DNA from: Eledone cirrhosa
Lineage: Eukaryota
NCBI GenBank assembly: GCA_964016885.1
Contig: OZ024741.1
Coordinates: forward strand, 106,082,001 to 106,146,000
Reading direction: 5' to 3'
Length of the DNA stretch: 64,000 nt
Below, in pieces: positions 36,101-50,100 of the stretch. A program made the position numbers and the translations under genes. Position 1 is the first letter of the stretch. Each line of letters starts with the position of its first letter. The notes under the pieces were generated by a model. The model saw only the letters and a program-made list of their open reading frames with translations, ran no database searches and was not told the DNA's origin.

Positions 36101-39100
36101 CCATCGGAGTTTCGCAGATCTACACACCTCTCATGTTTGATGGAAATCATTATGATTCCTCATTTTCTTGGAATGTTATCAACTAATCTAAACTCTTAAA
36201 TACTCACAGTTGACTTCTTTTCTCAGATTAGGTTTAGGGTTAGGTTTAAGGTTAGGATAAAGTTTAGGTTAAGGTTTCTGTTTTCTGGGGAAAAAAAGTT
36301 GATTGCAAACATCTAAGATGTCAGATTAGTTGATGGCACATGCAAAAAGAAATAAATGAGAAAAAATAATTGTTTCCTACAAAATTCGCGAGATGTGTAG
36401 ATTTACGAAATTCTGATGGTCTTTTCACCCCTTTTCTATAAATCTAGTCATTTCTGGCTAGTTTGGATTGTCATATTCATTGATAACATGCACAAAATAA
36501 TATTGTGAAGAAAGCTCTGAGGATAATTCCCTCCTCAAAGTTTTCCTGAAAAAAAGGCGATTCTAAGCATCTTGGAGATTAAATTAGTTGAAAAAAAAAA
36601 ACAAGGAAAAAAATTTTTCTGACACTGAAATCAAAGGGGTGGGTCTATAAATTAACCCTTATTTCATGTGAATATTAAAAAAATAATTAAACGTAATTGT
36701 GATGTAAAAGAAAAACAATTCAGTGATTAATGTAAATTCACATTTAGTTGTGGTGAGGAATTTCATTATTCTTGTTATAACACTCTATAGAATAAACCTA
36801 TTGGCTAAATCCAACACAGCATGTGTAAATTATACTGAATTAAATACATTGCACAGTTGTGAACGATTGTCTATTTGTATACATTTTTATACATCAAGAA
36901 TTACAGGAGCTGGTGCAGTAATGCACCACCTTCAGTATTTAGTAATCAGAAGGGAGGTAGGTGTAAAAGCCAAATCGGTATTCATGCCAACCCTTACCTA
37001 TGCTCATGAATCTTGGGTAATGACTGAAAGAATATTATTGTGGATACAAGCAGCTGAAATGGGCTTCCTTCGAAGGGTCTTTGGAGTAATGTTACTCGAT
37101 AGAGTGCCTAGCTCGGCGATCAGAGAGTCACTCCAGGTTGAGCTGCTACTTCTCCAAATTGAGAGATCACAGCTCCGATACTATGGGTATGCTGGACTGA
37201 TTTTACAGGTAAAACTAACTGGCAGGAGACTCATGGGTAGCCACAAGCAAGATTGTTGGATAACATCCATGAGCTTGGCTGGTATTGCTTGGGTATCCAG
37301 CCAGATGAGCTGGAGATGGTTGCTTCTACAGGACCTGCTGAAAGGAATGTTTGATGACTGCCCCCACAAACCACTCAGGAATAAGTGGGAGAAGAAGAAG
37401 ACAGGAGACTAAAAAACTATGATAATTTCTTACTGTCTGTGGTGATACTTTATTTATCTAAAAATATAGTCTAAAGTCCGTCTTGAACTCAGAGACTCAT
37501 GAGGCTGGGACCTATGCTGGTTTCCATGGTGTTAAGCAACTGAGAGTACAAGACTCCTCCCTGGACAGGATGCCAGTCCATCACAGGGTTAAACCCCCAT
37601 ACTGCTGATACTCGTTTTCAGCTGAGTGTGCTGGAGCCATGTTAAATGAAGTATTTTGTTGAAGAACACAACACACAACCCAGTCCAGGAATCGAACCCA
37701 CAATATTATAAATGTAAGTTCAACACATTTACCACTTGGCCAAGTGCCTCCCTGATTTTATTGATACAAAAATTGACACTTTAAGACAGTTTTGAATGAT
37801 AGAACCAGTAGCAGCTTCAGATAGAGATCAAAAGCGGCGTTAACACACTAACCAAGAGTCAGCTCCTAAGAAATGTATCCTATATAAATGTTTAGATAAA
37901 TATAAATGATGCTCTAGATAGGGAAATCTATAGAGGCATTAAGTTGGTTGACCAAGTTATGAAGGTCACTGAAAGAGTCATAACCTAGATGAGATGCAGT
38001 TTGGGTTTGTACCAAGTAAAAGTACCACAGATGCCCTCTTCCTTGTAAGACAATTGCAGAAGAAGTACCTAGCTAAGAATAAACCACCTCTACTTGGCTT
38101 TTGTAGACCTGGAGAAAGCTTTTGACAGTCCCATATTCCATTATCTGATGGGCTCTTAGAAAACTAGGTGTAGACGAGTGGCTTGTGAGGGCAGTATAAG
38201 CCATATACAGGAGAACAGTGAGCAAGATCAGAACTAACAATGACTATAGCGAAGAATTTAATTTGCAGTCTGGTGTTCACCAAGGCTCAGTTCTTAGTTG
38301 CCTCCTGTTTATCCTCGTCCTACGGGCAATAACGGAAGAGTTTAAGACTGGCTGCCCTTGGGAACTTCTGTATACAGATGACCTAAACCTTATAGCAGAA
38401 TCTATAGCTGAATTAGAGATGATATTCCACACCTGGAAGCACGACCTAGAATTTAAAGTTCTTAAAATCAACTTAGCAAAGACTAAAGTTCTAGTTAGTA
38501 CAAAGGATGACAGGGTGACAGGGCCCAGATCGCCTCAGAAAAATGGTCTTGTTCAGTGTGCAGAAAAGGAGAAGGTTGCAAGTCCATCCTATGTCCCAAG
38601 TGCAAGCTATGCATACACAAGAGATGGAGTTGGATCCCAGGCAGGTTAATAAAGAATGTTGGTTTTACATGTGCTCACTGCACTGGAGCAATAAATAGCA
38701 AGAGCTCTCCGGATACAATCACCTTCAAATACCCAGAGAGCTCTATAGAAGGGGTAGATTGCTTCTGTTACCTGGGTAACCAAATCAGCAATGGTAGAGG
38801 GTGTTCCAAAAGTACAGTAGCCAGAGGCAGATCGGGTTAGAGAAAGTTCAGGGTTCTACTACAAAAGGTTTTTCCCTCAAAATCAAAGGCAGACTGTACG
38901 ATGTATGTATAAGAACAACTATGTTGCACACCAGAGAGACCTGGGCATTGTGTGCTGAGGACCTGCGAAGATTGGAAAGAATCGAGGCTTCCATGCTTCA
39001 ATGGATGTGCAATAACAACATACCTGAACTGCAAAGCATAAATGTGAACTGCGTGAGAAATTAGGCATAAGAGGGATCTTACGTCCCCAATTTCCCAAAA

Positions 39101-42100
39101 CATCTTCCTCACCCCTCCCAAGTTTCCAACCTCCTCTATAAAGTGATCTCCACTGGAGCTATGACAAAAGAGCCCAGCCCACACTATAGTGGTCATGTAG
39201 GTGTCATGAGAAAAGCGAGTGCCTAGTCCACACTGTAAAGTGGTCGTGTAGGTGTCACGATAAAAAGCACCCAGTCCACGCTGTAAAGTGGTCATTTAGG
39301 CGACACGGCAAAAAGCACCCAGCACACTGTAAATGTGGTTGGCGTTAGGAAAGGCGTCCAGCCATAGAAACCAAGCCAAAATCAGTTTTGTGTGAGTGAA
39401 TCACGGTCCCCTGACCTGATCCCTCACAAAGAGATAGCCCATCCTACCCATGCTAACGTGGAAAGTGGACATCAAACGATTATGATGATGATGATCAAAA
39501 TAAAAAATTTATTGTAATATTTCAGGATGGTCATTTTGCCAATAAAAACACATGCACTATTCAATTTTCACTTCATTTTTATTATTAATTAGTTTATCAA
39601 AGCTCTTTCATCACACATTCTATGACCTTCTCAAAGACATTTGGTTTTCTTCTCTGTGTCTCCTCTTCTTTTGGTCTTAATCAGTTTACTCCATTTTGTC
39701 TTTGTCGAATCAGGGATAGTTTTATGTAGCTTGGTAAACAAACATTGAACAAAATAACGGCAGGTATTTTACACTCAACTTTTAGAATAAGGCATAGTAT
39801 ATATATCTTATATATAAGATTATTAAATCGATTATTTTTAATTATCAAGTTGTAAAAACCAATTGAATTATTTATGACTGCTTGACACTGGAAATAATTT
39901 TATGTTGATTTTTAACTTAACCTAGATCACCTATCCTAGATAGCCTATCCTACAATGATGTGAAATGTTCTGTTACCCGGATATGTTAACTGGCTGAATG
40001 TAAGGTACCTAGTGGAACATAAAAGAAAGGTATATCGCAAGTGGAAGAGGAGGAGAAGTAGGCGGACGAGAATGCGTTTTTTTTGGGGGGGGGGGGGGGG
40101 GTTACTACGCAGCATTTAATAGCTGAAGCAGGAACTGTCGAGCTGAACAGTCTTCATTCTGTTTCAATGTCCTCAGTTTACTCAGGGAGTTTTCTGAATT
40201 TGGATGCAATAGTATCTGCAAACCTGTTCCTGACTCTGTTATCTGCCAACGCTTCCCACTTTATGTTGTAGATCGAGCTGCACCTACAAGTTTTGTGGGC
40301 TTTCTTGGCTTTAGGTTGTTTCAGTTAACAGCTCAGCACCTCTCTTAACATGATAATCAAAGGGATCAGAGACGATAATAAAATCAATTATTGATCTGTC
40401 TCTGATTCACCTTATACCATGTGTATTTATGGATGTTTTTGTGCTGAAAGAATGTGTTCATAATAGAGAGCCCATTACGAGAACAAAAGTCAAATAAAGC
40501 CTCTCCATTTAAATTTAGATCAGGATCACTGTTCCTTCCAATCACTCATTTCCATGTGGGGTAGTCAGTACCAACATGTGAATTGAAGTCTCCCATATAC
40601 TAGCAGAATGGCCCTGCATTGCTCGGGATTTGCTCTAGGGTTCTTATGTATTTGATATATATTTATCCTTATCGAGCCTCGTGAAATAAATACGTTTGTT
40701 TATATTTTGTTATTGTGTATGCAAAAATATCTGTACACGAATATATAATTATATATATATAAGTATGTATACATATAAGGGTGAGAAATGGAATTTCGTT
40801 TCATTTTTTCTATTTATATATATATATATATATTAAAATAACGGATTAAAGTTTAAGCAAAGAATCACTGCTTTCACCCTTAACGGGATCTTATGAAACT
40901 AAAAAAATCAATCTGAGAACGCAGAAGTAAATATTTCGAAATGTTTTTGTGTATGCAAAAATATCTGTCAGTGATGCATGTGATTATGTAATCGCCGGCC
41001 TTGTTTGTTTATATTTTCTTTTTGGTATGCAAAAATAACTGTACACGAATATCTATATTAAAATAACATATTAAAATTTAAGCAAAGAATCGCTGCTTTC
41101 ACCCTTAACAGGATGTTCTGAAACGAAAAACGTTGCAACCAAAGGAAAACAGGAAAATGATACTTTGGTTCGTGAAGACGTTCCCTGGCATAAGAATATA
41201 TACATACACACACTATATATATATACATATATATACACACTATATATATATATACATATATACACACACACACTGATCACGTCATAATGACGTAATGCAG
41301 ACAGCCAGACATACAGTCAGATATTATAAGGGCGCAACGTTTTATTTATGTATCTATCTAAGAAGAAAGACTAAGAATTATAGAGAGAGATCGATAATCA
41401 CCTAATTTCTCAAAACATTCACAGTACCATAAGTATTACATGTGTAAAGTTTGAAAACAATCGGTTGGGTGGTTCTCGAGTTTTAGTGAGCTGCCAGACA
41501 GACGGACTGACGTTCTTTGTTTTAGATATATAAATGATTCAGTCATAACTACATCTAAAGCTGCAGTGACTTCATCAAGGAAAGATATGTATTTTGGCAC
41601 TCTCTTTGGTGCATAAATTTGCACCAACCACATAAACCTTTCTTCAGCCTAAGCTTCAAGAGGCAAATCTTCCCTCCCAATGGGATTCAGTCCATAATAC
41701 ATTTTTTCAGGTAAGGACTTATGAGTATTCCTTTCTGGCACCACACCTGAATATTGGAGTTTCCATCCTCCATCCAAATCTCTATTACCAGAGCCATGGA
41801 ACTTTGTTGAGGAAACCATGATTATATAATGTTCCAGTTACCAACTCTCAAGTTTTGGTCCCTTCCAGACTCTCTCTGGGGTCTCAGGATATGTATCATT
41901 TGTGCTTACATCTCACACCTCTTAGGACAGATAGCAGAGCCATTGCCAGATCTTGCAGCATTGGATGAAGACTATAATATTATCTCAAAGGACAATGTGG
42001 TATGAATGCCTTTATTGTTTCCAACTATTTTTACAATGTTTTGGTGGTCTCATTTGTGCCAGTCACCAATTTGGTGCTTTTCTCAGACCCACAAAGACAA

Positions 42101-45100
42101 GGCTTTTTTAAAGACGGCCTTTACTTGCCTTGTAGCTACATCACTGGGTTGTGAGAGATTTCTTGGGAGCTAACAGTGTTACCCATTGCTCCATCCCCCC
42201 TAGTAGTTTACCGTTATTGGTCTGGGGTTGCTTCTTTCTGTAGCTGGAGCCTGTTTATATCACCTCTAACCATCATATCTGGTAGCCATATTGCTATCTG
42301 TGACCTATGAGCAGAACAGCTCTGCCAAGAACTAATCTTGTTTCAATGATTTTTTTTCTAACATTGACACAAGACCAGCAATTGGTGTCAGGGAGAAAGT
42401 TGATTATATATAGCTCAGTACTTAGCTGGTACTTTATTTTATCAATCACAGAAGGATGAAAGGAAAAGTTGACTTCAGTGGGATCTGAACTCAGAACATA
42501 GAAAGTCGAAACTAAATAATGCAAAGCATTTTGTCAGTCACTCTACCTACACTGTTTATCTACCATCTTCATTATCTTGTAATAATAATAATAATTGTTT
42601 CTACTTTTGGCACAAGACCAGCAATTACCCCAGTGCATTACTGGTGCTTTTATTTTTATCGACCACATAAGGATGAAAGGCAAAGCTAACCTCGGCAGGA
42701 TTTGAACTCAGAACGTAAAGAGCCATAACTCTCTGCTGCAAATCAATGCAGACAGGCAGCCAGACAGACAGATATTATAAGCGTGCAACGTTATAGCTAT
42801 GTATCTAATGCAGACAGCCAGATATACAGAGACATATAATAAGGGCGCGATGTTATAGCTATGTATTTATCTAAAAAGACAGAGTAAGAAGAGAGAGGAA
42901 TGTTGTATAACCGGAAGTGTTGACATTTGAACATTTTAAAGAAGTGAATATTTAAATAAACGATAAAATATCTTTAATCTTTTAATGAAATTTAGAAGAC
43001 AAAAATACCCTCACTTTCTTACTTGGAAAAAGTTACATCTATGGTGCAAATTTGGTGCTGTTTGGTCCAGCCGTTTGGCAAAAAGTTTGTTACATACATA
43101 CAGCCGTCAGTTTTATTATAGAATGTGAAATAAGAAGGGAATGGAAGATATATAACTGAAAAGAACATGGAAAGACGGACAAATATATAGATTATGATAT
43201 GCTAAGGAACTAAATATTTTGTATTTATTTTATATTCCTTCTTATGAACAACAGATGGTAGAAATTTATAGGTATTATCCTAAAGGGTCTTTAAAACGTC
43301 AATATTCTCACGGTTGTTTTGTTATACAACTTACTTCCCTGAAATACGTTTTTTTTTTTTGGAAGATATTTACACATTTTAAGAATATTTTCTTTAGTAA
43401 AACATTCACGCTCTCCTTAATTATACTTTCAGAATTGGTTAATTTAGCAGAACTAATCAAATTATTTTATGCTATAAACCCATCTTTGCTATTATTTTTC
43501 TCGTGAGGTCAATGTCCGACAGTGAAATTGTTTATGGTTAAGAAGATTATATATTTGTAGGACATTGACTTCATAATTAGGGTGTTTAATTTACAATATT
43601 TACATTTACATTATATTTTTAGATAATCCATCTCTGATAGTCCCCAAATGTCTCATTCCAAGAAATATACAAATTAGAAAGTTTATTTACTATATGCTTA
43701 CACAATATTTCTATATAATCCATCTCTTCTAGCACCCAAATGTCTTAATCCTGGATATCTGTGTAATTAGAGAGTTATTTTCATTATATCTACACAATAT
43801 TTCTATATATTCCATTTCTGCTACTCTCCAAATTTCATTCTTGGATGTCTTATATAATTAGAAAGTATATTTACAATATTATTTCCATATATTTAATCTC
43901 TGCTAGTGTCCAGGTGTTCTCTTCCTAGATGTCTATACAATCCCTGTGCCGCCTTGCATACACAAGTATCATACACAGAATATAGAAAAAGGGTGAGCTC
44001 CACAAGGTAAAATTATAGTGTCCTATCCTGAGGAGATATATTCCACATAGTTTAAGATGAAGAAGACAGGAGATAAACTCTAATTTTTAATATTAATCCT
44101 TAAATAATTCATTTCTTCACATCACTATTTTTAATTAACTTTTTAGTATTCACTTCATTTATCGCCAGTACTTGTCAGAATAATTAAAATAATCATTAAC
44201 TAATATTGTCATTTCTTCACATTATTTTTAAATAACTTCTTAACATTCACTTCATCTATCACCAGCATGTCAGAATAATTTAAATAATAATAATAATAAT
44301 AATAATAATAAACTAATATTGTTATTTCTTCACATTACAATTAATTTTAAATAGTTTGATAATCTTAACACTACCTTGTACAGAAACTAAATTCCTTACA
44401 TTATTTTCACTTTCAAAGGGTGGTGGATTGGCAGTATCGGTAGAGAGTCGGACGCCATGCTTTGACGCATAGAGTTACGGCCCTTGCCATTCTGAGTTCA
44501 AATCCTGCCGAAGTTAAATTTGCCTTTCATCCTTATGGGGTCGATAAAATAAAGTACCAGTAATACACTGGGATAATTGCTGGCCTTGTGCCAAAATTAG
44601 AAACAATTATTTTCACTTTCATTTTAAATAAATCCTCAAATAGGATTATGCTATGTATAAGCTCCCTTGTTATGAGGTCAATATCCGAAAAATGTATAAT
44701 CTTCCTAGCAACACAGTTTCTCTGAGCTGGTCATTCACCTGTACTTATAAACTACGTCACTGGAAAGCAGAAAATAGGGAAAGATGGCTGCTTTCTGCAA
44801 CAAATCTTTGATTGAATTATTTATGCATAAATGTTTTCTAGAAAATATGAGAAAATATATATTTAAAAAAAAGATAGATTAATCAATGAAATAAATAACC
44901 ATTTCTTGACAACAGTTAGAACATTGTTATTTTAAAAGGCCCCTAGGATAATTCCCAGAAATTTCTACCATCTGTTGTTCATAAGAAACAATCTAAAAAT
45001 ATATATACAATCTTTTGATTCCTTAGCATATTTTTATCTTCCTCCTTCTCTCTCTCTCTCCTTTTCAAATTCATATCTTCTATTCTTTGTTATATATTTT

Positions 45101-45237
45101 TTAAAGTTAGTGTTAACATATTTCATGTGAATATTAAAAAAGTTAATGAAAAATAACGTGAAGAAATGACAATATTAGTTAATACTATTTTAATTAATCT
45201 GACAAGTACTGGTGATAAATGAAGTGAATATTAAATA

Positions 45238-47192
45238 TATTTCTTTATTAGCCACAGGGGCACAAAAGAAGGGGACAAATACAAAGGGGGAAGTTTACAT
45301 ACAATAAAAACGTGTAAAATGTTATCACAGATGGAATTTAAAAGTTAGTCGATTTTCCCCAATAGAGAGAGACAGTTTATATGGGTAACACATACCCCCG
45401 AAAAAATGTGCAACCCTCATCTCCAGGAGTACGAAGAGCTTGTACTCCTTTCCTCTCCTCCTCCTTTTCCTCAATCTACAGGCTGATATAGAGAGAAGGC
45501 CCATTCACTCGGGCCATTCTCGCCACTTTCACCCACCTTTCATAAAACTTGCTGCGGTACAGCACCTCTCTCTCCATCCTGATTCTTCTTCCAAAGTGGT
45601 ATTTGAAAAAAAGAATCAGTTGTTGGCCGGAGAGAAAGGTGTCTGACCTCAGCCCTTTCAACCTTGTCCACCATACAACCTCTTTCGCCATAGCTATCAC
45701 ACAAAGGAAAACCGCCTCTCCTTCGTTTTTGAAGGAGGGTAGCGGTTTGATCATGACAATGGACTCGGTGGTCAACTGGATTGGTCCCACCCGCGACAAT
45801 AGTCGTTCTACATATCCCCACAGGTCAGTGACGCCCGGGCAGTGTATGAATGCGTGCGCGACGGTTTCTTCGTCTCGCACGCACCTCGGACAGATCTTTT
45901 TTGCAGGGTCCCTGCCCGGGCGCCCATGTCTGTAGAGCTTGTCTCGAACTGGTAGAGCTCCTCGGTAGCACTGCCAGGCCAGGGACTTTTGGAAGTTGTC
46001 CATCGGTCCCGGGCGGAAGGTCCTACCGAACAGACTGGCCAGTTCATCTTCCTCCACGCCTAGAGTTTCACCGAGCGCGTCGTCGCACTTGCTGCGGACC
46101 AACCCTCTATAGAATGACGAAGTGGAGTCTCCACTGATCGCCGGGTCCGCCTGCCAGAGGGCTGTGAGCGCCTGAGCACATTCGATGTGCCAGTCACCCA
46201 TTTTCCTCGGTCTCTGCTTGACCCAGGACTGCAGCTCGGTCAGTGAGACGAGTCGTGGGAAGGCTCGCCTCACGAACGGGGCCCACACCGGTTGTCCGGT
46301 GAGGAATACGTAGAGATGCCGCAGCCTGAGCGCGTGTTTGCGCATCGTCAACCACGGCATCCCCAGCCCTCCGTTAGAAGGGTGTTGGCAGCAGATGGAT
46401 CTTCTTACCAAAGGAGCCCGCCTCTTCCAAAGGAATCGGAAGAGGGCGCGCTCCATTTTGGCGAGCATTTTGGCTGGACAAGGCACGACGGTCAAGCGGT
46501 AGTAGATGGCGGACGCTATAAAAGTGTTCGCCACCTCCGCTCGACCTTTCAAGGATAGTTTGCACTCGGCCCACTTCTGGGTGAGTGCAAACACCTTGGC
46601 CGTCACTTCGTTCCAGTTCTTCTCCACCTGGAGGTCCGGACCAAACCAGACCCCGAGCAGCTTTACCGGTCCTTCCGTCCAGCGTCCGACGACGCCATCG
46701 GAAGGCATTGGTCTGCCTCTCCACGATCCGAGTTGCAAACCGATGGACTTGTCCCGGTTCAGCTTCGCTCCTGTGAGACTTTCGTATTCCTTTAGTAAGG
46801 TGCCGACTTTCTCGATTTGCGAGGCGCTCGACACCATTACTGTCACGTCGTCGGCGTAGGCCGACGCCGCTTTCCGCAGTCCCGGTTCCAGAGGGATGCC
46901 CTGCAATAGCTCCAGCTTCCGCAGTAGTGGCTCGAGAGTCAGTACGTACAGAAGGGAGGAGAGAGGGCATCCCTGTCGAATGGATCGCGTAATATGGAAC
47001 GGCTCCGAGAGGTAACCGTTCACCTTGACCCTTGAGCAGATGTTGCTGTTGTGCATTGCAGCAATCCAGCCCCTGAACACGGGTCCGAAGCCTGCCGCCT
47101 CGAGCACCGCATCCAGGTAACGATGGTCAACCCTATCGAAAGCCTTAGACTGATCCAAGTTGATCAGGGCCCCACCGAAGCCGGGTTTACAA
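45238..47192 (-). mobile_element. Young 5'-truncated Tx1/L1-clade non-LTR retrotransposon insertion
   Basis: Abrupt GC-rich block absent from other units. AATAAA lies at the 3' end (45244-45249) and the ORF is uninterrupted. Confidence 0.95.
45476..47192 (-). CDS. Tx1-like ORF2 C-terminal ~570 aa (RT from motif A, thumb, zf-RVT CCHC); 5'-truncated
   Basis: LDQSKAFDRVDH, SIRQGCPLSSLLYVLTLEPLL, AYADDVTV, LSLKGRAEVAN, GGLGMP and CPRC..DEETVAHAFIHC. Endonuclease and RT N-terminus are missing, and the annotated start (47260) is a GTG in flanking DNA. Confidence 0.88.
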
Positions 47193-50100
47193 TAGGGGAG
47201 TGAAGTTGGTGAGTGAGTTGTTTGTTGGTTAAGTAATGGCAAGTAAGTGAAGCATGTCACTTTGAATTGAAAAATGTTTTGCCATGTTTTAAGAAAGAAG
47301 TAGTTGTACGTGTTTCTTGAGGTGTGAAGTCATATTACCATGGGGAAGATGATTTACCCAAATTACATGAATAATTATTAACAAATGAAAAAGACACCAT
47401 TAATTTAAATGTCTATATTTGGACATGATTTACTTTGAAACCAAGCCAGAATCAGTCCTGTATGAGCAAGACATGGTCATCTGACCTAGCATTGCCCACA
47501 ACAGGACAACCTGTCTAACTCATGCTAGCATGGAAAATGAACGCAAACATCCAGCCCACACTGTAAAGTGGTTGTGTAGGTGTCACAACAAAAGCACCCA
47601 GCCCATACTGTAAGGTGGTTGAGTAAAAGACATGGCAAAAAGCACACAGTACACACTGTAAATGTGGTTGGTGCTAGGAAGGGCATCCAGTTATAGAAAA
47701 CCAGACAGAAACAGTCCTATATGAGTGAGATTCGGTCACCCGACCCAACTTGCCTCTAACTGGGACAAACCCGCCTGACCCATGCTAGCGAGGAACATGG
47801 ATATTAAATGATGATGATGATTATATATATATATATATGTGTCCCCCAAAAATGTACAGGCAATATCTATTAGAATGCTGTTGAAGTGTGTATACATTTT
47901 TGGAGGTCATCCTGTAAATATATATCATCATCATCATTATCATCACCGTTTTAAATCCGTTCTTCCACACTAGCAAACGTTAGACGGCTTGTCCTGTTGT
48001 GGGCAGTGTCTGGTCGGCTGACTGTCTTGTTCTTACGGGAACTGATTCTGGCTTGATTTCTACAGCTGGATGCTCTTCCTACCCTCATTTACAGTGTAAA
48101 TGTAAATATAAAATAAACACCCTAATTATGAAGTCAAATTCCTACAAATATATAATCTTCTTAACCATAAATAATTTCACTGTCGGACATTCATCTCAAC
48201 CTATACGTGATAAATAATAGCAAAGATGGGTTTATAACAATAAAATATTTGATAAGTTCTGCTGAATTAACCAATTCTGAAAGTATAATTAAGAAAATTG
48301 TTTCCTTACTTTTTAACCAGTTGAGTTTTTTCAGGAAAACAAAGAGGGTGCGGTGCATACCCACCTCCTCAGAGTTTTCTCTACGATTTTCTTTTTTCAT
48401 GTGTTATCAACGAATATGACCTCTAAACCAATTGGAAATGACTAGCTTTTTAGAAAAAGGAAGGTGAAAAGGGGCAGAAAGACCATCAGAGTTTCGCAGA
48501 TCTACACACCTCTCATGTTTGATGGAAATCATTATGATTCCTCAATTTCTTAGAGTGCTATCAACTAATCTGAACTCTTAAATACTCACAGTTGACTTCT
48601 TTTCTCAGATTAGGTTTAGGGTTAGGTTTAAGGTTAGGATAAAGTTTAGGTTAGGGTTTCGGTTTTCTGGGAAAAAAAGTTGATTGCAAACATCTAAGAG
48701 GTCAGATTAGTTGATGGCACATGCAAAAAAAAATAAATGAGAAAAAATAATTTTTTCCCACAAAATGCGTGAGATGTGTAAATTTGCGAAATTCTGATGG
48801 TCTTTTTATCCCCTTTTCTATAAATCTAGTCATTTCTGGCTGGTTTGGATTGTCATATTCATTGAAAACATGCAAAAAATAATATTGTGCAGAAAGTTCT
48901 GAGGATAATTCCCTCCTCAAAGTTTTCCTGAAAAAAAGGCGATTCTAAGCATCTTGGAGATTAAATTATGTGGCAACAAAAAACAGCGAAAAAAAATTTT
49001 GTGACACTGAAATCAAGGGGTGAGTCTATAAATTTACCCATATTTCATGTGAATATTAAAAAAATAATTAAACGTAATTGTGATGTAAAAGAAAAACAAT
49101 TCAGTGATTAATGTAAATTCACATTTAGTTGTGGTGAGGAATTTCATTATTCTTGTTATAACACTCTATAGAATAAACCTATTGGCTAAATCCAACACAG
49201 CATGTGTAAATTAAACTGAATTAAATACATTGCACAGTTGTGAACGATTGTCTATTTGTATACATTTTTATACATCAAGAATTACAGGAGCTGGTGCAGT
49301 AATGCACCACCTTCAGTATTTAGTAATCAGAAGGGAGGTAGGTGTAAAAGCCAATTCGGTATTCATGCCAACCCTTACCTATGCTCATGAATCTTGGGTA
49401 ATGACTGAAAGAATATTATTGTGGATACAAGCAGCTGAAATGGGCTTCCTTCGAAGGGTCTTTGGAGTAATGTTACTCAATAGAGTGCCTAGCTTGGCGA
49501 TCACTCCAGTTTGAGCTGCTACTTCTCCAAATTGAGAGATCACAGCTCCGATACTAGAAGACAGGAAACTAAAAAACTATGATAATTTCTTACTGTCTGT
49601 GGTGATACTTTATTTATCTAAAGATATTCAATGAAGGTTGATTATTACAGGCAGTGTTACCTAAAATCTATAAATTTATTCTATAGTACACCATAGTTTC
49701 AAAAACTAACAGTGATAAGATGTCAGTAATTGTTTTGAATTGTCCAGTATATTTTGTAGACAATACATATTTTCCTATTATCACATATACACTTATTAAA
49801 GGATTTTGAAGTTTCATTCGAGCTTTCTGAAACAGATTTCAAAAAAATAAATGTTGATGTTATGAGAATTCATCAAATTAAAAAAAGTTTGATGTATCAA
49901 AATGTAATTTTTTTTTACCTGTCTGTGTGTTTCTCTGATTTTCATAAAAAATTTCCTTAATTCACTACTAAGGAATCATTATGGTTTAGTAAATTGTAAT
50001 ATTTCTTTAAATAAAACCAAATTAGATTAAAATTATTCTAGACCTATTTTTTTGCTTAAGATAAACTTCAAATTACATAAAACTAATCATCTCTTTGTTG

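Noticed and set aside
45540-46970. Overlapping alternative-frame and antisense ORFs in the Tx1 element
   Set aside because: Expected by-products of a GC-rich coding sequence, with no recognisable motifs.
47193-47260. Host-Tx1 fusion protein (594-aa ORF with a 23-aa flank-derived N-terminus)
   Set aside because: The annotated start is GTG, there is no in-frame ATG back to the upstream stop, and the RT is truncated, so this is most likely a chance open frame.
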